This document shows, piece after piece, positions 7,914-17,219 of a DNA stretch of 64,000 nucleotides (the stretch's first letter is position 1; each line of letters begins with the position of its first letter). Made by a program: the position numbers and the translations under genes. The notes under the pieces were generated by a model. It searched no databases. It was not told the origin of the DNA and saw nothing but the letters and a program-made list of their open reading frames with translations. The stretch covers positions 50,347 to 114,346 of the forward strand of contig WVXO01000061.1 in NCBI GenBank assembly GCA_011773465.1. Direction: 5' to 3'. The DNA comes from Candidatus Aminicenantes bacterium. Lineage in GTDB: Bacteria; Acidobacteriota; Aminicenantia; Aminicenantales; Aminicenantaceae.

Positions 7914-8150
7914 CTTCGTCTTATCCTCAGTTTATCATTATAATCTTATTTTTAAAATTTTTGGGGTAAAGATGCCTAACTTTAGAACCTAAGCAAAAAA
8001 ATGGGCCCATTCTCAGGTTCATTCCTCTCCATTTCTTCTCCATGTTTATAGGCCGTTGTTTTTCGCCCATCTCTCTCTTTTTCTCTGCTTATTTCTCTTT
8101 TATACGTCTAGTTTTGCCTGTCCAACAGCCCAGCTTGCTCTATATGTTTA

Positions 8151-8179
8151 TTGACATGGTATGCTTCTTTGCCTAAAAT
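8151..8179 (+). promoter_or_regulatory. Sigma70-type promoter TTGACA-17-TAAAAT placed 8 nt before the rodZ-like ATG
   Basis: Hexamers read directly at 8151-8156 and 8174-8179. Confidence 0.45.
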
Positions 8180-8187
8180 TCCAGAAT

Positions 8188-8976
8188 ATGGCATCTCTAG
8201 GGCAAGATCTAAGGAGGGAACGAGAACTAAGGGGTATCTCTCTAAAAGAAATATCTAGCTCGACCAAGATCAGCCTGAGATTTCTACAGGCCTTAGAAGA
8301 AGACAGGTTAGATATGCTTCCCGGCAATTTTTTTATCAAGGCCATTCTTAGATCATATGCAAAATCTATAGGACTGGAAGAAGATTATGTTTTGAACAAG
8401 TATTATGAGGCCTCCCTCGAGCAGGAACAGTCCCTTGAATCTAAACAAATAAAAAGAGAAGCTCGTCCAGTAATAACAAAAAACATAAAAAAATTGATTT
8501 ACGCCCCCGCTCTGATCATCATTCTCTTGGTTTTTCTTTTCTTCCTTTATAATTTATTTTTCCTGAAAAAACAAACATCACCACCTGCCGAAGAACCCAA
8601 AGCCTCAACGCATCTCCAGGAAGAGATGACGTTGCCACCATCTCGGGCTGAATCCTTGGCTGAATTCATGCCTGGAGTAGATAGCTTAACCATTGAAATC
8701 TCCTTTCTTGAAGAAACCTGGCTCCAGGTTTGGGCAGATAGCGTGTTAAAAGTAGATGGTCTCAAACAGCCGGGAGAAAAACTCATGGTTAAAGCTAATG
8801 AAGAGCTTCTCATCCACACAGGAAATGCGGGAGGAATATCCTACATATTAAATAACAAGAAGGGAAAAAAGCTTGGTCCCAGAGGCTCTGTAATAAGAAA
8901 TATAAGAATAACCTTAAAAAACTACCAGCGCTACCTCGCTCAAGAGGAAAACACCACAATTTATCAGGAAAACTGA
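8188..8976 (+). CDS. rodZ: RodZ-like cytoskeleton-associated protein (XRE HTH, TM, DUF4115-like C-terminus)
   Basis: MASLGQDLRRERELRGISLKEISSSTKISLRFLQALEEDR, one TM segment, and a C-terminal WLQVWADS..GNAGGISYILNNK module. I prefer the ATG at 8188 over 8161. Confidence 0.7.
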   Translation: MASLGQDLRRERELRGISLKEISSSTKISLRFLQALEEDRLDMLPGNFFIKAILRSYAKSIGLEEDYVLNKYYEASLEQEQSLESKQIKREARPVITKNIKKLIYAPALIIILLVFLFFLYNLFFLKKQTSPPAEEPKASTHLQEEMTLPPSRAESLAEFMPGVDSLTIEISFLEETWLQVWADSVLKVDGLKQPGEKLMVKANEELLIHTGNAGGISYILNNKKGKKLGPRGSVIRNIRITLKNYQRYLAQEENTTIYQEN

Positions 8977-8984
8977 AACGGGAA

Positions 8985-11177
8985 ATGAAATATTATAAAC
9001 ATGATATAAAAATTGAGGATAAAAAGAAAAAAGGGCCTCGAATTATAGGGGCAATTATCATTCTCTTAATTATTCTCTTTTTTACTATCGAATACTTCAT
9101 ACGCGAAGCACAAGAATTTTCCTCAACTTCAGTAACAAATATTCTCCTTGCTTCTCTCCAGCTTATCGTGCTCCTCCTCTTCATCATACTTCTTTTTGTC
9201 TTAATCAGGAATTTGGTAAAACTCTATCTGGAAAGAAAAAGGAAGATCATCGGCGCTCACTTTAAAACAAGATTGGTCCTGTTCTTCACCGCTCTGTCCC
9301 TTATTCCTACCCTTCTTCTCTTCCTCTTTGCCAGTGACTTAATCAGCCGGAACATTGAACAATGGTTCAAAACACCTTTGAATAAAATAATGGACGATAC
9401 AAAGAGCCTGGCAGATAGCCTTATTATGGAAAGTGAAGAAATCACTCTCCACTATGCCAGGCAATTGAGCAAAGGCATCAGAAAGCAAAAGCTTTTAAAT
9501 CCTGAAGGTCAGCAGCCTTTAATGGAATTTACCAGAGATAAATTAAGGGAATACAAACTGGATGAAATTGGCGTCTACTTAGATGATGAAGAATTGTTTG
9601 CCTATCTTAATTCGAACCTCCCTCTTCATGATTACCGAAACCTCGCGCCAGATATTGTAAAACAGGCCAAGCTGGAAGAAACAATAACAAGTATCGAACC
9701 CATGGGAAACGGGAAAATGATCCGCCGCGGCCTCTCTTTCGATATCCCTGATATGGGGAGAGTCCTGGTTGTTACCGGAAAATTCCTTCCTCAAGATTAT
9801 ACTCAAAGAATCAACAACATCACTTCCTATGTCGAAAGATACCGCCAGCTGAAAATACAAAAAAATCCAGTGAAAACTTTCTATCTTATAACTCTAAGTT
9901 TTATCACTCTTCTGATTATCTTTGCAGCCAGTTGGATTGGGTTTCACCTGGCCAAGGCAATAACTGTGCCTATTGAAAAGCTGGCACAAGCAACAAAAGA
10001 TGTTTCAAAAGGAAACTTAGATGTTAAGGTTGATGATCCTGCTTCTGGCGAGCTTGGAATTCTGATAGATTCCTTCAATCAAATGATTTCCGACCTCAAA
10101 GAAAGTCATCACAACATTGCCCAAAAAACATCCGAGCTTGAAGCCCGAAAAAAATACATTGAAACCATTTTGAGTAACATAACAACCGGAGTTATCACCC
10201 TTGACGCCCAAGGAACTATCACAACCATAAATCCCTCGGCTCGGGAAATGCTGGACTTACCGGGAAAAAACCTCATCGGAAAAAGTTATAAAGATATCCT
10301 GAGTCTTCCCCAGTATGAAGAAATTTCTAAGAGCATTGAACTGGGAATTCAGAAAAAATACAGGATCTCTGATAAAGAAATAAATATTAACTCTGGCGCC
10401 AAGGACACAGCCCTCGCTCTAACGCTATCTCCGTTAAAACAATCAAACAATAAGTTTTCAGGCTTGATTGTGGTGCTGGACGACTTAACTCAACTTATAA
10501 AGGCTCAAAGAATCGCAGCCTGGAAAGAAGTCGCCCAGCGAGTAGCCCATGAAATCAAAAATCCTTTAACTCCAATCCAACTCTCCGCTGAAAGAATCAT
10601 TAAACATTTAAAGAAGAAAAAGAAAAAATCCGATGAGATTATAGACGATGGAGCTAATACTATAGTCCAAGAAGCAAGAACAATAAAAGCTCTCATAGAT
10701 GAATTTTTAAACTTTGCTCGGATGCCTAAAGTCCACCTGCAATCTACAGATATTCATGAAATTATCGAGCAAGCTGTCTCTCTGTTTAAGGGATTATTCA
10801 AAGATATTGAATTTGAAGTGCTGTATTCAATCAGCGTGCCTTCTCCTATCCAAACTGATCCTGAACAGATGAAGAGGGTGTTTATCAACATCCTTGATAA
10901 TGCCATCCATGCCATGAATAAAAAAGGAAAAATCAAAATCCAGACTTCTTTTGCAAAAAAAGAACAGAGAGTGAAAATTGAGATTGCAGACTCTGGTCAT
11001 GGGATATCTTTAAAGGATAAGAACAAACTCTTCCTCCCTCATTTTTCAACTAAAAAGAAAGGAACTGGCCTGGGGCTGGCCATTGTTAATCAAGTAATAA
11101 ACGAACACAATGGTTCCATCAATGTTGAAAATAATCATCCCCATGGAACAAAATTTGTCATCCAAATTCCAGCATGA
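8985..11177 (+). CDS. NtrY-like sensor histidine kinase (TM-HAMP-PAS-HisKA-HATPase)
   Basis: N-terminal TM segments, HAMP, PAS and H-box AHEIKNPLTPI. ATPase motifs DNAIHAM, DSGHGI and GTGLGLAIV. Confidence 0.85.
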   Translation: MKYYKHDIKIEDKKKKGPRIIGAIIILLIILFFTIEYFIREAQEFSSTSVTNILLASLQLIVLLLFIILLFVLIRNLVKLYLERKRKIIGAHFKTRLVLFFTALSLIPTLLLFLFASDLISRNIEQWFKTPLNKIMDDTKSLADSLIMESEEITLHYARQLSKGIRKQKLLNPEGQQPLMEFTRDKLREYKLDEIGVYLDDEELFAYLNSNLPLHDYRNLAPDIVKQAKLEETITSIEPMGNGKMIRRGLSFDIPDMGRVLVVTGKFLPQDYTQRINNITSYVERYRQLKIQKNPVKTFYLITLSFITLLIIFAASWIGFHLAKAITVPIEKLAQATKDVSKGNLDVKVDDPASGELGILIDSFNQMISDLKESHHNIAQKTSELEARKKYIETILSNITTGVITLDAQGTITTINPSAREMLDLPGKNLIGKSYKDILSLPQYEEISKSIELGIQKKYRISDKEININSGAKDTALALTLSPLKQSNNKFSGLIVVLDDLTQLIKAQRIAAWKEVAQRVAHEIKNPLTPIQLSAERIIKHLKKKKKKSDEIIDDGANTIVQEARTIKALIDEFLNFARMPKVHLQSTDIHEIIEQAVSLFKGLFKDIEFEVLYSISVPSPIQTDPEQMKRVFINILDNAIHAMNKKGKIKIQTSFAKKEQRVKIEIADSGHGISLKDKNKLFLPHFSTKKKGTGLGLAIVNQVINEHNGSINVENNHPHGTKFVIQIPA

Positions 11178-12535
11178 TCAAAGATAAAATCCTCATAATT
11201 GACGATGAAAGAGGCATCAGGTCTTCGCTAAAAGGAATCCTGGAGGATGAAGGCTACAGTATTAAAACAGCCAATACCGGAGAGGATTGTTTAAAGTTGC
11301 TCGAATGGCAAAATTTCGACCTTATTCTTCTTGATATCTGGCTACCTGAAATGGACGGGATTGAAGTCCTAAAAAAGATAAAGACGATGGATGAAAATCC
11401 GCAGGTAGTTATGATCTCGGGGCATGGAACAGTCGAAACAGCTGTGAAGGCTACAAAACTCGGCGCCTATGACTTTTTGGAAAAGCCACTTTCTCTAGAA
11501 AAGGTTGTTTTAACAGTAAAAAATGCCTTAAAACAAAAAAGGTTAGAAGAAGAAAACATTCAGCTTCGCCAAAAAATCAAGGTGAAGTATGATCTTATCG
11601 GAAAAAGTCCCGCGATTAAAAAATTGAAAGATGAGATAAAAAAAGCAGCTCCAACCAACGCAGCGGTACTCATCTATGGAGAAAGTGGAACAGGAAAATA
11701 CCTCGTTGCCCGCCTGATTCATCAAGAAAGCCCAAGAAAAAACAAAAGATTTGTCCAGATAAACTTCGCGGCCATCCCTGAAGATTTAATCGAAAGCGAG
11801 TTATTTGGTCATGTCAAAGGAGCCCTTGCTAATGCCAATAAGGACAAAAAGGGAAAATTACTGCTCGCAGATGGAGGGACTCTCTTCTTCGATGAGATTA
11901 GCAATATGAGCTTAAAGACCCAGGCTAAAGTTGTAAGAATCCTCAAGGAAAAAAAGTTTGAACCCTTGGGGTCAAATGAATCTATAACAGTGGATACGAG
12001 GCTTATCGCAACAACCAACAAAAACATAAAGAATCTCACCGCCAAGGGAAAATTCAGAGAAGACTTATTCTTTAAACTGAACATCATCCCCATGGTCATT
12101 CCTCCTTTACGAGAAAGAAAAGAAGATATCCCTCTCCTGATAGAGCATTTTCTTAAATATTTTTCGATTGAGTACGGCAAAAATAAAAAGTACATGAGCA
12201 AAAAAGCCATGACAGCTTTCCTCAATTATTCCTGGCCGAGCAACGTCAACGAACTCATTAATGTAATTGAAAGATTTGTAATCATGGTTCAGGATGAAGA
12301 AATCAAAGCTTCTCATCTTTCCCTCCTTGTCGAACCCAGGGAATCAGAATATGCTCCTTGCTTCAACAAGAATCGACCTTTGAAACAGGCAACTAAGGAA
12401 TTTGAGAAAGAATACATCCACAAGGCTTTAATAAGGCATAATTGGGATCTCTCCGAAACAGCCTCTGATTTAAAGGTAAATAGAGACCGCCTCGGCGAAA
12501 AAATAAAAAAAATGGGCATAACCTTCCTCGGTTAA
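11174..12535 (+). CDS. NtrX/NtrC-family response regulator (REC, AAA+, HTH) with a degenerate GAFTGA loop
   Basis: REC domain (DLILLDIWLPEMDG), Walker A GESGTGK, ESELFGH, GGTLFFDEI and a C-terminal HTH. ATGA overlap with the kinase gene. Confidence 0.85.
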   Translation: MIKDKILIIDDERGIRSSLKGILEDEGYSIKTANTGEDCLKLLEWQNFDLILLDIWLPEMDGIEVLKKIKTMDENPQVVMISGHGTVETAVKATKLGAYDFLEKPLSLEKVVLTVKNALKQKRLEEENIQLRQKIKVKYDLIGKSPAIKKLKDEIKKAAPTNAAVLIYGESGTGKYLVARLIHQESPRKNKRFVQINFAAIPEDLIESELFGHVKGALANANKDKKGKLLLADGGTLFFDEISNMSLKTQAKVVRILKEKKFEPLGSNESITVDTRLIATTNKNIKNLTAKGKFREDLFFKLNIIPMVIPPLRERKEDIPLLIEHFLKYFSIEYGKNKKYMSKKAMTAFLNYSWPSNVNELINVIERFVIMVQDEEIKASHLSLLVEPRESEYAPCFNKNRPLKQATKEFEKEYIHKALIRHNWDLSETASDLKVNRDRLGEKIKKMGITFLG

Positions 12536-12555
12536 AACATCCTTCGTTCCTCATC

Positions 12556-12632
12556 GGGTTCAGGCCTTGCCATTGGGATGAATTACTTTTCTGCCTTAGA
12601 TTATCTGATCTTTCTGATGTTAAGGCCTGCCC
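12556..12632. repeat. Family-A palindromic repeat unit (~77 bp)
   Basis: GGGTTCAGGCCTTGCC at 12556-12571 and AAGGCCTGCCC at 12622-12632 form inverted termini. Confidence 0.6.
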
Positions 12633-12674
12633 ACAAAGCCACTAATATCAATAAAGATTTAACTCATATTATGG

Positions 12675-12850
12675 AGGGATTTTATTCATCAAACTCACCT
12701 TTTTTTGCTCACATAAATAAATTGCAGGGTTTGATTTTTCCGTAGGATCTTGATTTATGATGTATAGGGATTTTATCCATCAAATTCACATTTTTAATCA
12801 TATAAATTTATATATTTTTGATAAATCAAGCTCCTACAGTAATGTATAGA
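12675..12850. repeat. Cluster of degenerate family-B (REP-like) copies
   Basis: AGGGATTTTATTCATCAAACTCACC and AGGGATTTTATCCATCAAATTCACA are direct copies. Also present: GGGTTTGAT, ATCTTGATTTATGATGTATAG and GATAAATCAAGCTCCTACAGTAATGTATAG. Confidence 0.55.
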
Positions 12851-12903
12851 CCTAATTGTTCTTCACTGTTATAATAGGAAAAATTTTTTTAGGCACGGAG
12901 AAC

Positions 12904-14259
12904 ATGGAAGCACAAATACTCGAGATATTAACCGCCATAAGAGATTTTATCTGGGGTCTTCCTCTCATTGTACTCTTGGTAGGCACAGGGATTTTCTTGA
13001 CCATAAGATTAAGAGGTCTTCAAATAAGGGGTCTTCTCTATTCTCTTTATTTGGCCCTTTTCAAAAGAAAAGAGGATGATGAGCAAGAAGGCGACATATC
13101 TCATTTCCAGGCTCTGATGACAGCACTGGCAGCCACAGTGGGAACTGGAAATATTGTCGGCGTGGCCATCGCCATATCTACAGGGGGCCCTGGAGCTCTT
13201 TTCTGGATGTGGATTACTGGCATCTTTGGGATGGCCACGAAATACTCTGAAGCTGTTCTGGCCATAAAATACAGAGAAGTCGATGAGTTTGGGACCATGA
13301 GCGGGGGTCCCATGTACTACATCTCTAAAGGATTAGGCTGGAAATGGCTGGGGACACTTTTTGCAATCTTTGCCTTTATCGCTGCTTTTGGCATAGGGAA
13401 TATGGTTCAATCCAATTCAGTCGCTGACGGTATCAAGACCTCGTTCGGTATTCCTAACTGGGTAACAGGAATTATTCTGGCAACCCTCACAGCTATGGTC
13501 GTCCTTGGGGGTATTAAGAGCATTGCCAAAGTTACGCAGATTCTTGTTCCCTTTATGATTATTATCTATATCACGGGTGCTTCTGTTATCCTGCTCATGA
13601 AGATTTCTATTATTCCCCAAATCTTCGCCCTCATTTTCAAGCATGCGTTTACACCCACAGCTGCTGTTGGAGGTTTCCTCGGTGCAACAGTTATGCATAC
13701 GATGAGAATGGGAGTATCCAAAGGAGTCTTCTCCAATGAATCAGGATTGGGCTCTGCCCCGATTGCAGCAGCAGCAGCAAAAACTCCAAATCCCGTCAAA
13801 CAGGCCCTGGTTTCCATGACTCAGACTTTTATCGATACTCTTGTGGTCTGCACTATGACCGGCCTTGTTCTACTCCTAAGCGGCCTCTGGACTTACGGGC
13901 CTGAACTCAAGGGAGCCAAGCTTACTGCCCTTGCCTTTGATGAATTCTTTCCAGGCGGGGTAGGAGAATTCATTGTCACCGTAACTCTTATATTCTTTGC
14001 CTATTCCACCATCCTTGGCTGGTGCTACTATGGAGAAAAATCTATCGAATACTTGTTCAAGGAAAGAGCGGTAAAAACTTACAGGGTCGTTTTTGTGATC
14101 TTTGTCGCTGTAGGAACTTTCCTGAAGCTAGAGACTGTATGGAGATTATCAGATATAATGAATGGCCTTATGGCTTTCCCTAACCTCGTTGGCCTTATCG
14201 GCCTCAGCGCGATTATTGTCTCAGAAACAAACAAGTATTTTTATAGAAGACAAAAATAG
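12904..14259 (+). CDS. Alanine/glycine:cation symporter (AGCS family)
   Basis: Conserved [21 protein letters not shown] and [10 protein letters not shown] motifs with a multi-TM profile. ATG at 12904 has a GGAG SD; the track TTG start at 12856 is less likely. Confidence 0.88.
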   Translation: MEAQILEILTAIRDFIWGLPLIVLLVGTGIFLTIRLRGLQIRGLLYSLYLALFKRKEDDEQEGDISHFQALMTALAATVGTGNIVGVAIAISTGGPGALFWMWITGIFGMATKYSEAVLAIKYREVDEFGTMSGGPMYYISKGLGWKWLGTLFAIFAFIAAFGIGNMVQSNSVADGIKTSFGIPNWVTGIILATLTAMVVLGGIKSIAKVTQILVPFMIIIYITGASVILLMKISIIPQIFALIFKHAFTPTAAVGGFLGATVMHTMRMGVSKGVFSNESGLGSAPIAAAAAKTPNPVKQALVSMTQTFIDTLVVCTMTGLVLLLSGLWTYGPELKGAKLTALAFDEFFPGGVGEFIVTVTLIFFAYSTILGWCYYGEKSIEYLFKERAVKTYRVVFVIFVAVGTFLKLETVWRLSDIMNGLMAFPNLVGLIGLSAIIVSETNKYFYRRQK

Positions 14260-14287
14260 ACTGGGCGTTTTAGAAATACGCACCTGA

Positions 14288-14330
14288 CTCTCCTAGAATC
14301 AGGGCTTTCCATTTAGGAGAGAACTTTTTC
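14288..14330 (+). terminator. Rho-independent terminator candidate after the symporter gene
   Basis: CTCTCCTA (14288-14295) pairs with TAGGAGAG (14314-14321) and is followed by a T-run at 14325-14329. The loop is long (18 nt). Confidence 0.4.
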
Positions 14331-14469
14331 TCTTCTTTATTACCTAGAATTCTTCCTAGATAGAGCCTGGCCTAACAGAGAGAAAAAAGGTGTTGGCTAT
14401 TGTTCATTCTGCATTTACACTGTTCAATTTTTGTGCTATCGTTTAGGACGAAAAATTTAGAGGGAAAAA

Positions 14470-15831
14470 ATGAGGACACAATCTCTGCGTATACTCATCA
14501 GCTCAGCCCGGAAGTTTATCAACATGGGCGCCCTTTCCCGTCTATGGAACTTGGTGAAAAATTTCCATGCCGCAGACATCTCTTCTCTTATGAAGCACCT
14601 CGTCTTCAGAGAAAAACTGATTCTCTTCAACGTACTTTTTGAAAAGGACAAAGAAAAAACTGGTGAAGTTTTAAGGGAATTGGATCCTGAGGATGCAGCC
14701 CTTATTTTAACCGAGCTCCAGCTAGAACAAATTTCTGGTCTATTCCAGATTATCCCTCCTGACGATGTTGCTCCAATTCTCGATCTTCTTCACGATGATA
14801 TGAAAGAATCCATACTGGCCGCCATGGAAGAAAAACCTTCAGAAGATGTAAAGGAACTTCTTCTTTATGAGGAAGAAACGGCGGGCAGAATAATGTCACC
14901 GGATTTTTATGCTTTAGACCAGAACACCAATGTTTCAGATGCCATAACAGCCATGCAACTTGAAGGAGATGTGGAATCTGCTTTCTATCTTTATGCTGTA
15001 GATGGCCAGAATCATTTGGTAGGAGTTGTCTCCATAAGACAGCTTCTTTTTGCCCGCCCCAACGCCCCGTTGAAAGATATCATGACCAAAGATGTCATAA
15101 CCGTTCATCCTGAAACAGACCAGGAAGAAGTGGCCCGCCACGTTGCAGATTACAATTTTGTCGCCATTCCTGTCGTTGATTCTGAACATAAACTAATTGG
15201 AGTTGTAACCGTTGACGATGTCATCGATGTTATCGATAAGGAAGCCACTGAAGATATTTATAAAATGGCCTCTTTAGACACAACCGATAGAATTCAGGAC
15301 AGCCCTCTGAAATCCATAAGAAAAAGACTCCCCTTTCTCATGTTCAGCCTCCTCACTGCCTCTCTCGCTCCCTTTGTTGTTCACTATTTTGAAGATACCA
15401 TTAAGGCTTTTGTAACTTTAGCTGTTTTCATGCCTCTGGTGGCAGCACTGGGAGGGATTGCAGGAAATCAGACAATAGCGATCGTTGTGAGGGAAATTGC
15501 TATCGGGCAAGCTGATTGGATGACCGCAAGAAAAGCGCTGTTTAAAGAAATGCTGGTTGGCATCGGAAACGGTATTATCATCGGGATAATCTTAGCTGCT
15601 ATCTCTTATTTATTAATTAAAAATCCATATTTAGGCTTTATCTTGGGATTAGCCATTATTGCTAATCTCTTCATTGCCGCCCTCCTTGGCACTCTCATCC
15701 CATTATTCCTGAAATTACTCCGGTTGGATCCGGCACTAGGATCAGTCAATCTTCTCACTATGTGCACTGACACGATTGGTATCCTCTCTTTTCTTGGGCT
15801 GGGAACCCTCTTCTTGACTAAACTCGTATAA
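14470..15831 (+). CDS. mgtE: Magnesium transporter MgtE
   Basis: MgtE N-domain, tandem CBS domains (DIMTKDVITV, IPVVDSEHKLIGVVTVDDVIDVI) and a C-terminal TM domain with GNQT. Confidence 0.9.
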   Translation: MRTQSLRILISSARKFINMGALSRLWNLVKNFHAADISSLMKHLVFREKLILFNVLFEKDKEKTGEVLRELDPEDAALILTELQLEQISGLFQIIPPDDVAPILDLLHDDMKESILAAMEEKPSEDVKELLLYEEETAGRIMSPDFYALDQNTNVSDAITAMQLEGDVESAFYLYAVDGQNHLVGVVSIRQLLFARPNAPLKDIMTKDVITVHPETDQEEVARHVADYNFVAIPVVDSEHKLIGVVTVDDVIDVIDKEATEDIYKMASLDTTDRIQDSPLKSIRKRLPFLMFSLLTASLAPFVVHYFEDTIKAFVTLAVFMPLVAALGGIAGNQTIAIVVREIAIGQADWMTARKALFKEMLVGIGNGIIIGIILAAISYLLIKNPYLGFILGLAIIANLFIAALLGTLIPLFLKLLRLDPALGSVNLLTMCTDTIGILSFLGLGTLFLTKLV

Positions 15832-15838
15832 TCCACTC

Positions 15839-16570
15839 ATGCCTCTTGAGCAATCTGAAGCCATCGTCCTACGAAGCTTTAACGTCGGCGAGCAGGATAA
15901 AATAGTTGTCTTCTTTTCTCGAGATAAAGGAATCATAAGAGGAATTGCTAAAGGTGCTCGGAAATTTGGCAGTCGTTTTGGAAGCAGTTTAGAACCTTTG
16001 TCCTTGATTAACGTATTTTATTATGAAAAAGAAAGAAAAGATTTAGTCACTGTAAGCAACTGTGATCTCCTTGAATCTTTTTTTGAGATCCAGGACAATC
16101 TCAAAATCTCCTTCACCCTGAGTTATTTTGCTGAACTTATAGAAGAATTCTCTCCTTCAAGGGCAAAAGACGACACTCTCTACCGCCTGTTGCTTACTGT
16201 CTTGAACTCGCTTAAGGGCGGAGGAGATTTAAACTTATTAACCCGGTATTTTGAAGCCTGGCTTCTTAAAATAAACGGAGTCCTTCCAGACTTAAATAAA
16301 TGCAAAAAGTGTCGTAAGGACCTTGCTGACTCTGGTTGGCTCTCTCCTAAAAAAGACGGTGTCTTCTGTGGCCACTGCGCATCCTACAAAAAAGAAGGAA
16401 TTAAGCCTGAATTAGGCTCGTTTATCCAATGGATCAAAAAAAACACCCCTCCGAAAAAAGGCCCTCTACCCTTCTCCTCTGCAGAGCTTGAGAACATAAA
16501 GAAAACACTCCAAGACATCATCATCTTTCATCTCGAAAAAAAACCTAAAACCCTCCGCTACTTAAAGTGA
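15839..16570 (+). CDS. recO: DNA repair protein RecO
   Basis: N-terminal OB fold (EAIVLRSFNVGEQDKIVVFFSRDKGIIRGIAKGARK) and a Cys4 zinc module (CKKC...CGHC). Confidence 0.88.
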   Translation: MPLEQSEAIVLRSFNVGEQDKIVVFFSRDKGIIRGIAKGARKFGSRFGSSLEPLSLINVFYYEKERKDLVTVSNCDLLESFFEIQDNLKISFTLSYFAELIEEFSPSRAKDDTLYRLLLTVLNSLKGGGDLNLLTRYFEAWLLKINGVLPDLNKCKKCRKDLADSGWLSPKKDGVFCGHCASYKKEGIKPELGSFIQWIKKNTPPKKGPLPFSSAELENIKKTLQDIIIFHLEKKPKTLRYLK

Positions 16571-16581
16571 ACGAGCAATGT

Positions 16582-16593
16582 AAGACCTGACCC
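16582..16593. repeat. Solo family-A terminus (AAGACCTGACCC)
   Basis: Matches the right terminus of family-A units. No partner arm was found nearby. Confidence 0.3.
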
Positions 16594-16650
16594 TGCCAGC
16601 TTGATTTTTTAGTAGAAAAGAATAAACTATAAATCTTTCATGGAGATAAA

Positions 16651-17169
16651 ATGAAAGGAGAAAACGTGAGTCAATGCAAAATATGCGGCAAAGATATTGA
16701 CCCTAAATTTCCCTTTTTTGTCATTTCCTTTAACAAAGAAGCTATCGAAAACGGAACAAAGAAAATAATCCAATCCGAGGAAGGAGCTTCTATCTGTGAA
16801 GAATGCGGCAAGGAAGGCCTTCCTTCAGTTCTCAGGCACCTGAAGCTCATCCATGATTCTGATACTGAGCTCAATCAAAAGATGCAATCAATAGAAAAAT
16901 CAATAAAAATGGAAGCTTTGATGAAAGAGTTTGGAATTTCAGGGGAAAAAGTGGGAACTAAGAATCAATATCTGGCTAAATGCCCCTTTCACAATCAAGA
17001 AGCATCTTTCTTAATCGACGCTAAGACAAAGGAATATTTCTGCTTCTGTGAAGGATTGAGAGGAGATGTATTCAGCTTCGTTATCAATTACGATAGAGAC
17101 GTCAACCACAAACACATGACTTTGAAACAGGCCGTCGATTATCTGATGGAAAAATTCCCGATTCAATAG
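16651..17169 (+). CDS. Stand-alone zinc-ribbon plus CHC2 (primase-type) zinc-finger protein
   Basis: N-terminal CKICG...CEECG ribbon. C-terminal CPFHNQEASFLIDAKTKEYFCFCEGLRGDVFSFV resembles the DnaG zf-CHC2 domain. No TOPRIM domain is present. Confidence 0.7.
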   Translation: MKGENVSQCKICGKDIDPKFPFFVISFNKEAIENGTKKIIQSEEGASICEECGKEGLPSVLRHLKLIHDSDTELNQKMQSIEKSIKMEALMKEFGISGEKVGTKNQYLAKCPFHNQEASFLIDAKTKEYFCFCEGLRGDVFSFVINYDRDVNHKHMTLKQAVDYLMEKFPIQ

Positions 17170-17219
17170 CTTCCGCTCTTCAAAATTTTATCTTGATAAA
17201 GTCTAAAAGGAGATAAAAG

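Noticed and set aside
8161-8187. Upstream in-frame ATG (8161) as the rodZ-like start
   Set aside because: It lies within the spacer of the best promoter candidate and adds nine non-conserved residues (MLLCLKFQN) ahead of the conserved RodZ N-terminus.
10606-10626. A-rich run AAGAAGAAAAAGAAAAAA (KKKKKK) in the histidine kinase as a programmed-slippage site
   Set aside because: The reading frame continues uninterrupted through the HisKA/HATPase domains, and no alternative-frame product of any length follows.
14260-14469. M-box (Mg2+) riboswitch upstream of mgtE
   Set aside because: I could not find the conserved M-box core (for example GTTAGGTGAGG-type segments). The region only shows a terminator-like hairpin for the upstream gene. 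A covariance-model scan would settle it.
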